In this document: positions 1 through 11,474 of the stretch, piece after piece
How positions within the stretch are numbered: the stretch's first letter is position 1
How the letters are laid out: the number at the start of each line of letters is the position of its first letter
Program-made: the position numbers and the translations under genes
The notes under the pieces: model-generated
The model's database searches: none
Told to the model about the DNA's origin: nothing
What the model saw: the letters and a program-made list of their open reading frames with translations, nothing else
Origin: Octopus vulgaris
Lineage: Eukaryota
Length of the DNA stretch: 64,000 nucleotides
NCBI GenBank assembly: GCA_951406725.2
Contig: OX597824.1
Coordinates: 46,190,001-46,254,000, forward strand
Direction of reading: 5' to 3'

Positions 1-163
1 TCCACGCAGTGGCTGACCGAGGGTTACGATGATACATCAAGATCACCACTTGTAGGACTGATTTTTGAAGACAATAGAATCAGCTAGGCAGACCATTGGG
101 GCTCACCATAGACCCACTTGTGCAGAGACAGTTCACCACTAGCTGAGATCTTTCAATCTGTCT

Positions 164-793
164 TGTAATACAATTTACTGAACCTCAGTTTTTTAATATG
201 CTAGACCACTGATGTTAAATTGATGTTATCAAATTAATATCCAATTTTTCACCTTCATTTAAATTTTAATTTTAAATTAATACGTTCTCAAACCGGCAAA
301 AGCTACTGCAGTGAATTATTTTATGCAGTATTATTTCCGGTATTTTAGCGTGCCAAAACGAGGACTTTTGAAAAATAACCACAAGTGTAATAGGTAGAAC
401 TACATACATGATCGACCTCGTGTGGACGTCTGGTGTGTAGTTCTGCAAATTATATTTGTATGGATAATCTTACTGAAGATCTACAGATAAATTGCATAAG
501 TAAAATTACGTAATCTGTTGATAGTGAAACATTGTTTATGATTAATCTATATTTTTGTTACTTTTCATTTGCCTTGCTCACTTACATTTCTGATGTTTGC
601 TAAATTTTCTAGAGAACATTTCTTAGTGGTAAGACCATAGCGGATCTACTTCTAGCATTAGGGTTGTCCACATAGTGGTCATCCCTCTCATATGTATGTA
701 ATACAATTTACTGAACCTCAGTTTTTTGATATGCTAGACCACTGGTGTTATCAAATTAATATCCAATTTTTCACCCTCATTCTAATTTTAATT
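164..793 (+). repeat. About 100-bp direct repeat (164-271 / 697-793; period 533 bp)
   Basis: tgtaatacaatttactgaacctcagtttttt..gctagaccactg..tcaaattaatatccaatttttcacc occurs twice. Confidence 0.85.
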
Positions 794-800
794 CTATACA

Positions 801-835
<35 letters not shown>

Positions 836-904
836 ATACATATGTATGATGGATTCTCTCATCATGAATGACAAATGAGGGTTCAGGAAAATAAAGCAGT
901 AATG

Positions 905-1330
905 ATGTTCTATGGACACAAATATGTCTCTTGAGGCCTGCTGGTGCCTTGCAAATCTTTTGGCAAAGGAAACAAGTTGAGGATTCAGTTTGCTTGTGGG
1001 TCCTTTACTACAAGTTTTCTTGAGTGGATGGCACTTTGCTTTATGCCACAAAACCACAATGACTAGTAATGTTTCCATTTAGAGGAATGGCATTTTGCCA
1101 GCGTGCTTTCATGCTTACACGAAGTTGGGTTTGCACGACTGAGTTTGGATCTTCAACAGAGCAAGTTTATTTCACAGGCAACCTCCGCTATCCTTTGATG
1201 CATACATTGTTTCTGTTCTCCAGCAGAAGTTATGTCTTGTATTTGTTTTTCCAGCATACATCATCATTATGTACCAATTGCATGTGAAACCATTGTGTAT
1301 ATATTCTGGCCTTTCTTTCAAGATGTATCT
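905..1330 (-). mobile_element. Degraded LINE 3' end (RTE-like) with C-terminal C2H2 finger
   Basis: The - strand reads TCFLCQKICKAPAGLKRHICVHR near 980-910; upstream frames are broken. Confidence 0.45.
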
Positions 1331-1951
1331 CTACAGATTTGCTGTGTTAATGCTCTTTAATAGGTTGAATAAATTGTCTCATTTTTATCTTCCTGGTTTT
1401 TCTGTTTCTTCATTTATCTACACACACATGTATATTGAAACTCAAACCATCTTTATCTATCAACACAACCTCAACCTTGTTAAAATTCAAAATAGTGTGA
1501 ATAAATAAGCATTGCATTTGACAGAGTAATCTGAATACTAGAGGTCTAGAATAAATTTGGTAATGGGTCATGCTTTCAAGAATTTCATGGTATACCCTTC
1601 TACACGTTTTTTTCTGTTGTTGTTATTGTTATATTTGATCTCAGGTCTTGAATATAAATATATGGATGAAGCAAAGTTATTATTTTTAAATCATTATTTA
1701 TCTACATGTTTATAAAGGGTTGTGTTTATTTTACCAATTAATTGCTAACAAAGAAATAAGTGGATAAACATTGCAATTAATGACCAAAGCTCTATATAGT
1801 GAGTGCTAACATATTTTATGGATATAAATAAGTACTATACTATATAAATATAAAATATACTTTCATGAAGAAAATTTATTTTTAAATTAAGTTTTTGTAA
1901 AGGTTTTTGTTTCTTTTAAGTCTATGGACAACACAATCAGGAACTAAAACT

Positions 1952-2470
1952 ATAATAATAATAATGAAATTATTGTATACAGTGCTCAGGTGCACCACAA
2001 CTTGTCAAAAGTGTGTGTAAAGCATATGCAGTAATGTACAAATGTCTGGAAAGTGAACAGTGTATGAGTCAGATTCATGCTTGCGTGTGCATGGAGGGGA
2101 GAAAATCAGGTGTAGTGTTGGCAAATTTCAGGAAGAATGGAAATTTTGAAGGATGCAGTGCTCCAACAACTAACAACTGATGCCAGCAGTTTGTTGCATA
2201 CTTCAGCAACTCTTATCATGAAAAAATGTTTCCGAAAGTCATGGGAGCTGTGCTGCTTTCTGACTTTGTAAACATGTCCATGGGTGTTAGACAGGCGGAG
2301 TTTGATAAGGTGCTCAGAGTTATTGTTAGTAAGATGGTTAATAATTTTATGGGTGTCTGCCAAGTCAGCTGCCAGACGTCGGAGTTTCAATGTATCCATG
2401 CCCAGGGAAGAAAGGCGTTCAAAATATGGCAAGTGCCTGATGGAGGGTATTCTCTATGTATGCGGTTTAC
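1952..2470 (-). mobile_element. 5'-truncated CR1/L2-group LINE, ORF2 C-terminus
   Basis: ORF 2106-2432: YFERL..LGMDTLKLRRL..DL..THKI..NTHGH..K..RKHFF..RVA..N.L; (TTA)n tail near 1952-1964. Confidence 0.85.
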
Positions 2471-2489
2471 TTGATGTAGTTAACACATA

Positions 2490-2606
2490 GTAAGCAAATA
2501 TGGTTTTTTAGTAAGCAAGTTTGGCTTTGGTAAGCAAGTATGGCTTTGTAGTAAGTATGGCTTTGTAGTAAGTATGGCTTGTAATAAGCAAGTATGGCTT
2601 TGGTAA
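2490..2606. repeat. Minisatellite, about 17-20 bp unit gtaagcaagtatggctttg
   Basis: About 6 imperfect tandem units read directly. Confidence 0.85.
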
Positions 2607-2760
2607 CATATACCATGCTTTTGCTAATTGTTTTAGGTGCTTATGTAATCATGAGCTGACATATACACATTTTCAACTCTCCCACCCTTTAACCTATCGT
2701 CACATCAGGACTTGACAAATGAGTAGACTTGGAAAACATGAAATAAAAGGCATTTATAAA

Positions 2761-2848
2761 GATCGCAACGATCCGCCCGGTCCAGGAATTGAACTCACGA
2801 CGCTAGGATCGCGAACCCAACAGCCTCACCACTAGGCAACGCGCCTCC
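2761..2848 (-). mobile_element. tRNA-derived SINE head
   Basis: Reverse complement GGAGGCGCGTTGCCTAGTGG...GAGTTCAATTCC gives Pol III A and B boxes; no acceptor stem. Confidence 0.65.
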
Positions 2849-3994
2849 GTATTTCATGTAGTTTGATGTTTTAAATGATTCATTGACAAAGACAAATACC
2901 TAATCAACTAATTTAAGGGAGACAACCACAATATTATAAAGGTCTAACCATCACGTTTTATTTTCCTTTCCTTACAAACATGTGCTTCGTTTCTAATTAA
3001 AATAAATCAATTGCAAATCAAAACGAAACTTTATCGTGTCTTGTAATTCATGATAATCTCTTAAGCGATTTTTGGATCGACCGGAAGTCCATCAGAATTA
3101 TTACGTTATCATTGGAAGCTAAGTTGTTGAATAATCAATCGCTGAACCTTCGACAACACGCTACATAAAAAAAAATAATTTATTACACAGGTAAAATCAT
3201 TATTATTTCTTACAAAGGCGAAAAAAAAATGACAAAATCTTACATAGCTGCCTTGAGATATGTTACAGAGTGGGAAATTTAATTCTATAAGTTAAATGAC
3301 ATCGAACAGTTATCAAAACCGGTTCATGACTTCTGTAACCGTTAACTTAACTCTAGAGTAGTAAGTCTTGGGAACAAAACTAGAATTAATGGGAAATTGG
3401 AAATACGATTGTTTGATCCTATATGTTTTTCTCGGTTATCTTCCCTCGGCCCTATTTTTAACGTGTAAGTTGACAATCGACTAGAAATAACTATCGTAAT
3501 GTATTAATGTGTTTACAAGTGTTTACAATGAAAAACCAATCTTATATAACTATTATTACTTCCTAATTTCACATATATATATCGTACAGAATAATTCTTT
3601 AAATTCCCAAATAAACAATTACTAAATTCAGTATAGCTCACCCCGCTTCTTTTTCTTTTAATGAATTAGGTTGGAAACATGAATTTCCAAATTTTCAAGA
3701 GGTACGAACAAGTTAATTAATAAGTCGGCGATAACTAGTAAAGTATAGTAAAGTATAGCCTAACTTTTGCTGGGTCGTTTAATTCGTCGCTTTTACAAAG
3801 TAACATTGCAATTCTTAGATTTAAGGGGCGAACCAGCATATGACAGCAGTTAACATGCGAGTAACATTTATTTATTTTTGTGATACAGCCGTATATAACT
3901 GCAATATCGTTTCTTCATTTTAGCACTACATATATAAATACATACAGGTTTGGTAGAACAAACAAGAAAAATAGAAATCAATATCTTTTATTTG

Positions 3995-4410
3995 TAGAAA
4001 CAAGTAGACTACAGCCGTGGTGGGGCATCACCTCGAAGGCTTTAGTTCAACAAATCGACCCCAGTATACTTTTTTTCATTCTGGTATTCTATCTGTCGCT
4101 TTTTACCGAACCGCTAAGTTACCGAGACAAATCAACACGAGTTGTCAAGCAGTGGGGGGCGTAGGGAACACACACACGTGTGTGTTTTACTCGTTTAGAT
4201 ATTGCGGTACTAATAACCTGGTGTAGAACTCAATATACGTATACTACTGAACGAGACCAGTTCCTTTCAGTTTCCGTCTACCACAAGGCATTAGTCGACC
4301 CCTATGTATATAGTAGAAAACACATGCCCAAATTGCCATGCAGTAGGACTGAATCCAGAACCAGGCGGTTGGAAAGTAAACTTCTTACCACATAGTTACG
4401 TCTGCACCCA
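3995..4410 (-). mobile_element. tRNA-derived SINE family B (CORE-like, resembles octopus OR-type SINEs), representative copy
   Basis: Consensus ggctgtgtggtaagaag..ttcccaaccac..gggttcagtcccactg..ccttgggcaagtg..ggatttggtagacggaaactg. Other copies at about 11850-12015(-), 12685-13048(-), 16608-17205(+), 19570-19790(-), 19838-20230(+), 21305-21655(-), 34240-34630(-), 44550-44958(-), 55790-55915(-), 56360-56790(-), 58775-59075(+). Confidence 0.85.
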
Positions 4411-5254
4411 TACATTTTTTCTTTGTACATTTTTGTTGATAGAAAATTACGAAAGTGGCTCAAGCGCCAAAAGTTTTGGGCATAACACTTAAGAAACTGA
4501 CTTCATGAGCTATCAGATATAAAGTCGATCTAAGTGCTATGCAAGAAACTCTCGGCCCTTGAGTTACTTTTGCAACCTTTTGCCGATTAAATATATTTAT
4601 CCTCCTATCGCTGCCTCTGTCTGTTTATCTGCCTGTTTATATATATATACACTCACACACACCCCAATAATGCTGTGAAAGTATTTCCGCTGCTGCAACG
4701 CATTCGTAACATGTTCAGAAAATGTTGCGTGCGTTACTTAAAAGTTCGGGCAACATTTACACCAAAATCAGGCGATGAATACACGAACCAGCCAAATTGG
4801 GAAGCTAAGTAGTGTTATTTTCACCAGTCAGAGTGACTGGCCTTACATCATTGTCAGTAAATGTGTTCTGTGCCAAAACTGCAGTAGTTTCAAACTCTGC
4901 TGCTAATAATTGCAGTACTTCTAAATGAACCAGGTCTATTTTTAATTAACTAATTTTTTATCATTGCAAATACAAAACAAAGAAAACACGCTGCACGCTA
5001 TATAAGTATAATCTTCACCCACAAATATTAGTGTTACAATTTTGTTGATGTGGAAGGGCTCTTGAATTATACAAAAATAAATGAAATCGAACTTAATCAC
5101 TACTTCTTATGTAGATGTGATTGGCATCACAAAAAATATTATTTGACGTGGCAGTAACAGTATTTAATTTCTCATCTTTTTAATTTTAAACCTCTTTGAC
5201 ATTAATAAAATGAATACAAAACAACTACTTGGGGCAATTGCATAAATAATTTTT

Positions 5255-5810
5255 CCTGCAAATTTTGGAAAGACTCCCGCCCGTCCCCCCGCCCCATTTT
5301 CTCCCAAATTTGTTTATTTTTGTAATTTTTTTTTTTTTGCCAAAAATCCCCGTTTTCGGTTACGGAGGTTCTGGGAAATTGCCAAAAATTGACATTGTGA
5401 CCTCCCCGCCAACTTCTTCAATTTTGACTTTTTTCCCCAACACTAACCCTAAAACCTTAACCCTAACACCATAACCGTAAGTACAGAAATATTTTGAAAT
5501 TTTTGTCCAAATCATGATGTCCATATTTTTCCGCATATTTAAAAAAAAATTTTGCTAAGATTTTTGGAAATTTTTTTCAGAATCATATCTCAGTATTTTC
5601 CTGCTTATTTTGAAAAAAAAATTGTGAAAAAAAATGAAAAATGAAGAAAGTGGGGGTGGTAATTTAGAAATGTTGATTTTTGCCAATTTTTTTGCAGATT
5701 CGTATTCCCTGTAGCCCAAAAAAAAAAGGGGGGGGGATAAAAAAAAATTTTTTTTAAAGGGTGGTTTTTGGGTGCTGACAGGTGGAAGTCTTGTCCAAAT
5801 TTTTTCGCCT
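5255..5810. repeat. Imperfect foldback/MITE-like element with (CTAACC)-like core
   Basis: 5255-5425 roughly matches the reverse complement of 5638-5810; ctaaccctaaaaccttaaccctaac near 5444-5468; many long homopolymers. Confidence 0.45.
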
Positions 5811-7824
5811 TGTGCCTATGTAAGAAATCATCATTTGACCGGGTAGACCACATGAGAATAGAAACGATTGCTAATAGATATACTGGTCTGGAAGTGTAAC
5901 AGTTACATGTGATTTGAACTGGACTAGTGTCAAAGTAAAACATGAAATTCTTTACAAGAATCTACATATACGTGGAGATAAGATTGGAAATTTTTTTAAC
6001 TGGAGACTTGCACATTAGTTTTATTTATTTAACAGATTTTAACATTATAATTGTGAATGCACACTCACACCCATTCTCCTACTACCTAATAACCACTTCT
6101 AGTCTCTCTGTTGTCATTATTCCTTCTCTGAATTTACATTTACAGTGTACAAGGCACTGTAAAGTGGTTAGCTTTAGAAATGGCATCCAGCTATAGAAAC
6201 CAAGTCATAAGACACTCATGAGCACCTAGTGTTTTGGTGTTGTAACTCCCAGAAGGTGGCGACTCAGATCCCCCAATCCATTCCAGCATGGAAAGAAGAC
6301 ATAAAACGATAATGATGATAATGATGTTTATGCATACACACACAACGGTCCTGCACCACCATCATCACCATCAACATCATCATCATCATTTAACGTCCAT
6401 TTTCCATGCTGGTATGGGTTAGATGGTTTGATAGGAGCTGGCAAGCCAGAGGACTGCACCAGGATCCAATGTCTATTCTTGTCTATTCTTGTATGGTTTT
6501 TATGGCTAGATGCCCCTCCTAACATTAATCACTTTACAGAGTGTACTGTGTACATTTTATGTGATACCAGCATGAGTTCTTTTTATGTGACACCAGCCTG
6601 GGTGTCTTTTACATGGCACCAGCATGGGTGCTATATATGTGACACCAGCATGGGTGCATTTTATGTGACACCAGCACAGGTGCTTTTTTTGTGGCACAGC
6701 ACCCATGGGGTTGTAAGTAACTTACAAGACAAAAACCTCTTAGCTGAGAGAAGGAGTGGGACCAAGGGAAGTGGTTATGTGCTAGGAAAGAGGTTAGAAT
6801 ATGATAGAGGGACAGAGGTAGCTGTCTTACTATAGAGGAGATACTTTGTCATGCCTATAGGACAAGGAAGGAGAGGAAGGTGAGAGTGAGTTAAAGGGAA
6901 GGATAGAAATACTTTTACAAAAGCCACGGAAATTGAAACTTAGGAGTTAATTGCTCAAAATAAGTGCCAAACATTCTTAATGATTACTTTAAAAGTTTAA
7001 TTATCACAAACTATCTTGATAATGACTTTGTAAGTATTTGATCACTCAGTCAGTTTACATGTTGATATCAGGCACTTATTGTATTCATGTTCTCTCTGCT
7101 ATTCTGTCAATCTTTCAAACTTTTATAGTAATTCGCCCTTTCAATCACTATTTCTGTGTCAGCCTATTTGTAGCTAACCTACTCTATTTTAACACAGCAT
7201 TGCTCATGAAAATATGTAGTTGCTAACTACTGGTTGATTTTATTTTTAATAATGTAGCATAATTCTAACGAGTCTTTCATTGTTAGTAGTTTTATCATCT
7301 CTAGCAGATGAGGTGTCCAATACTGAAAAGAAGCAGAAATAGCCCGAAACCAGGCTGGTCTGCTAGTCCTATTGCTAGAAAGTGGTAGGAGTTTGCTCCC
7401 CTGCTTGCAATATCTTGGATGCAGCTATGCATCGTTAACCAGCTAGAGGAGATGTTCTCTTGGGGTTAAAAAATTGCAGTAAAGTCCGTTCGAACGGACA
7501 GCCATGTTCAAATGGCTACAAACATTACTTGTTAGTACAACTACTGTGTTGATCTCTTAGAGAGATTTCAGAACTAAAGTTTTATCTTTGTAATTAGATT
7601 ACCTTATCACACTCCATGGTACAATTACTGGAAAGTTTAATGAATAACCATGACAATTTTGGAATAGTCATAATAGTTGTTACAATCGAGAATATAACTG
7701 CTGTTTATAATATTACTTAAATGTGAATTTGCTTCACACTTCATGATTTCTCACTTAATGATTGGGCATTTAGAAGCATTTACATCATTGATGTATTCCT
7801 GCATGTATCTAGGTGACTCTATGG

Positions 7825-8367
7825 CAGTGCTGCCCAACCTTTTCCGAACATGGGCCGGATTTAAGAAAAAACGATGCTGGACTCACATTTCTAGCCTTTC
7901 ATTTTTTAATGCAACTTTTTGAAATGGTTTGAAAAGGTATTCAGAACTGAAAACATTGATTCTATTATTCTATTTATAGAAATTATCCATTATACAATTA
8001 TAATTCATAACTCAATTTAAACATAGGGGCTCCTACATATGATACTATGTCGTGGTTGGTTACTGGCTCGAGCCGGCTTGACTTTACAGTTTTCAGCCAC
8101 CGTAAATCGGTATTCATCCACAACTTGGTCAGTGGCTGACTCAGCATGCTTAAAACTATCTCTGTCGCAGATAAATCACATCTCATAATGACGTATGGAG
8201 AAGACCTGCATGTAGCACACTTCCTTGACATAAAGAGGATACTTTAATGTGATTTTTTGTGATCTACGAATACATTTTTGTAATTTGTTTTGCAGATACC
8301 CATAAATTGAAGACCGACTAGCGGGCAGGATTCTAAGGCTTTGTGGGCCGGACGTTGGGCAGCACTG
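7825..8367. mobile_element. Non-autonomous hAT (Charlie-like) element
   Basis: Perfect 14-bp TIRs CAGTGCTGCCCAAC and perfect 8-bp TSD CTCTATGG (7817-7824, 8368-8375). Confidence 0.92.
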
Positions 8368-8382
8368 CTCTATGGTGTAGTG

Positions 8383-8623
8383 CAGTGGTTCTCAATCATT
8401 TTTTTTTTTACCTATGGACCCTTTTGATTCCTATTTTACTTGGGTAGACCTTCATAGCCATTCAATGTTTAAAAATTTTGTTATATTTTTATTATTAAAT
8501 ATTATTAGAAATTGCATTAAAAAAAGTGTTCAAATATTTTTGTGCATTGTAGAAGTAAAATCAATTTTTTGTATATAAATTATAACAGCAAAATCTTATA
8601 TGGATCCCAGTTGAGAACCACTG
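8383..8623. mobile_element. hAT MITE
   Basis: 13-bp TIRs CAGTGGTTCTCAA; 8-bp TSD gtgtagtg/gtgcagtc (6 of 8 match). Confidence 0.85.
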
Positions 8624-9310
8624 GTGCAGTCTGTGTCATGTCTGCTTTATGCACAGAGAGGAATGAGTGTGAAACTCCTTGGAACCTGTATATATTATCT
8701 TGTCGAACCCATGCAAGCATAGACAAATAGACAGAATAAAGAAATTAATGTATGTGTATTTTACATTTATGTGTATATATATACACACACACACTTTAGG
8801 GTTTGGATATTGTGATATGCAAAAGCCACCCTAAAGATCTAGACCTTCATGAAGTACTGCTTTGGGAGGCTGCCTAGAATCCATTGGCTGAAGAAAATCA
8901 TCAATTTAGCCATGCAAGAACAAAACTTTTAGACCCCCATTGATGTGGAAATCTAGCAAATATAGTAGTACTGGATTAGATGCAGAACTACAGTAGAAAT
9001 CTAAACTGTTTAGGGATTGAGTTGGTCCAGTTTTTCAGGTAATACTTATAAAATTCATATTTAAGGACGAATAAAGAAGAGATGAACTGGTATATTTTGA
9101 AAGTTTATCTATCAGTTAACTATTTTCATTACAAATAAAAGAAAAAATATAGGGATAACATGTAATTCTTGAAATTATATTTAAAAATGAACATTGTAGA
9201 AGAAAAATACCATAAAATAAATGAAAAGTTATTTTATATAAATGAGCTATTTTTAGTTTATCAACAAAATATTTTCAGTTAGAATACAAAGTACAAAATA
9301 ATAAATAATA

Positions 9311-9628
9311 GGGAAAGAAAAGGGAAAATAAGAAAGCTTCTGACAATGTAGAAAGTTTTACAAAAACCTTTATATTTCAGGCGATGAGGCTCATCTTCCG
9401 AAGGAAACAGTCTGGGAAGTGTCCAGTTACACAGGTTCTGTTACCCTACACAAACTCCTGAACCTGTGTAACTGGACACTTCCCAGACTGTTTCCTTCTG
9501 AGGATGGGTTTTTGTGCCTGAAATATAAAGATTTTTATAAAACTTTCCACATTGTCAGGAGCTTTCTTATTTTCCCTTTTCTTTCCATTCTTTGGTACTA
9601 CAATGCTTTATACGAACTACACCGCTCT
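9311..9628. mobile_element. Penelope/retrozyme-like inverted-repeat element with a hammerhead motif in each arm
   Basis: 127-bp arms at 9312-9438 and 9460-9586 with a 21-nt spacer; CTGAGGA...GAAA core at 9498-9523; 12-bp flanking direct repeat TAATAAATAATA (9299-9310, 9629-9640). Confidence 0.7.
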
Positions 9629-9685
9629 TAATAAATAATATTTATTCTTTCATTTGTTTGACTTCCATACCATCTGTTGTGCTAC

Positions 9686-9782
9686 CTGTCAATGGAACAC
9701 TTGCAGCTTTTGCATCTGCCACACTGCTTGATGCATCTATTGTTTGTATATATATCATCTTGTTTATAACTTTGTAATTTCA
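9686..9782 (-). pseudogene. Intact Cys-rich exon of the DEG/ENaC-like gene (thumb domain start)
   Basis: Acceptor cttattacag| in phase with the previous exon; KLQSYKQDDIYTNNRCIKQCGRCKSCKCSID; donor AG|gtagca (weak). Confidence 0.7.
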
Positions 9783-9810
9783 CTGTAATAAGATTATTCT
9801 GCACCATGTA

Positions 9811-11085
9811 CGAGGGGCGTTCAATAAGTAATGCCCCTGACCCACTTCCCATAGCAGTAGAGCAACGAAACTTGGCACAGTTATTAGTCTTTTTCTACTT
9901 AGGAACCACCCAGAGTTACGCATTTCTCCCATCGTTTGACGCGGCTCTGGAGACCGTTTTTGTAGAAGAACCCAGCTTGGTCCTCCAACCTGAACGTGAC
10001 TTCAGAAATCAAGGCTGCATCATCTGGGAAACGCTTTCCTTTCAAAAACAACTTCATGATTGGGAAGAGGTGAAAATCAGAGGGTGCAAGGTCAGGAAAG
10101 TAGGGGGGATGGGGAGGAGTTCATAGCCATACGCTTGTGCTTCTGATCTGGCGACAAGCGAGTTGTGGACCGGAGCGTTGTCCTGCAGGAGGAGGATGCC
10201 TTTACTGATCTTGTCCCACCTCTTGATTTTGATAACTTCTCTTAATTTCCTCAAAAGTGAAGCATAATAGGCTCCTGCAATTGTGGTACCCTTTGCCAGG
10301 AAATCTGTCATCACTACTCTGTCCTGGTCCCAGAAGACTGTCAGCATGACCTCGCCAGCAGAGGGCTGCACCCTTGCCTTCTTTGGAGGGGGTGAGTCAC
10401 GGTGCTTCCACTGCATTGACTGGGCTTTGGTCTCTGGATCATCGTGATGGACCCAGGTTTTATCCTGTGTAATCAGTCTTTTTGACTCATCTTCTTGGCA
10501 CATCTCCAAATTCACCCTCGAGCACTCGACGCGTTCTTGCTTCTGGAAAGGCGTGAGCAACCTGGGAATCCATCTGGCAGACACCTTTTGCATATGCAAA
10601 TGATCATGAATGATAGTTTCCACAGACCCGGTACTAATCTTGACCTCATGGGCTATTTGGCGAATAATTATGCGTCGATCTTCCAAAATGGCAGCCTCAA
10701 CTTGACGGACAGATGCCTCATCAATGGCAGAAGGGGGCGACCAGATCTGGGAGCTGTTTCCACAGAGTTCCGACCATGTTTGAATTCACGATGCCAGCAT
10801 TTTACAAGGTCATATGATGGGGCATCATCACCATAAGTTACTTTCATTTCATCAAAAGTCTCCCGTGGTGTGCGTCCTTTCAAATACAAAAACCGGATCA
10901 CTGCTCGACACTCAACAGGCTCCATTTCACACTTGACTCGGTTCAAACACCTGTAAATCAGAAACCACAATTAATTCAGAGCTGTAATTTGCCACTTACT
11001 CTATAGAGATATAAATGATTGCACATTTCAGCTAGATCAAACAACTGCAAGTGGGTCAGAGGCATTACTTATTGAACGTCCCTCG
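9811..11085 (-). mobile_element. Full-length mariner (DD34D, irritans/Himar-like) with disrupted transposase
   Basis: 1275 bp; 37-bp TIRs with 2 mismatches; TA TSD. Transposase 10925-9884 has SGRP, WIPRLL, QDNAP and YFPDLAPSD; two frameshifts and a late premature stop. Confidence 0.96.
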
Positions 11086-11180
11086 TACATGACATCTTAA
11101 AGATTGAAACTATGGTTCTTTTTAATTAATTTAATGAACCATTTCAATGAACATTTTTGCAGTAATCTAAAATAATTTAC

Positions 11181-11474
11181 ATAGAAGATTGTCTTCTTGA
11201 GATAATTTAACTGCCTCTGTCAGTCCTTGCACTTGATATGCTTTCTGGTTTTTGAGGAATCTTTCAAAATCTTTGTTTTGACCATATGCTAGATCTACAA
11301 ACATGATGTTTAGCCATAACTTTTGCTGCACTCTTAAAAGTGTTACAGGGTTAATGTCATTCGATGCATTCACATGTGAAAATATTGCATCATTGTAAAA
11401 CTGTGGTGAAATTTTGTAGGGTTGACATTCATCACTTTTGTCATAAAACGATTTTATAGTGATATTTAAAGTTC
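11181..11474 (-). pseudogene. Intact 294-nt phase 1-1 exon of the DEG/ENaC-like gene
   Basis: Acceptor ccttctttcatttcatcag|, donor T|gtaaat. Open frame (G)TLNITIKSFYDKSDECQPY...AYQVQGLTEAVKLSQEDNLL with N-glycosylation sequons NIT and NAS. Confidence 0.75.

Larger units (their letters stand above)
2760..4800. promoter_or_regulatory. CpG-retaining promoter-like region, probable GDPGP1 TSS and non-coding first exon
   Basis: CpG is visibly more frequent here than in the flanking introns. ETS-type CCGGAAGT at 3081-3088. Candidate + strand donors at 3191 (CAG|gtaaaa), 3361 and 3465 (gtaagt). GDPGP1 coding exon 1 starts with an acceptor, so an upstream UTR exon is expected. Confidence 0.5.

Noticed and set aside
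5444-5468. Telomeric repeat
   Set aside because: Only a few degenerate CTAACC units inside an interspersed repeat.
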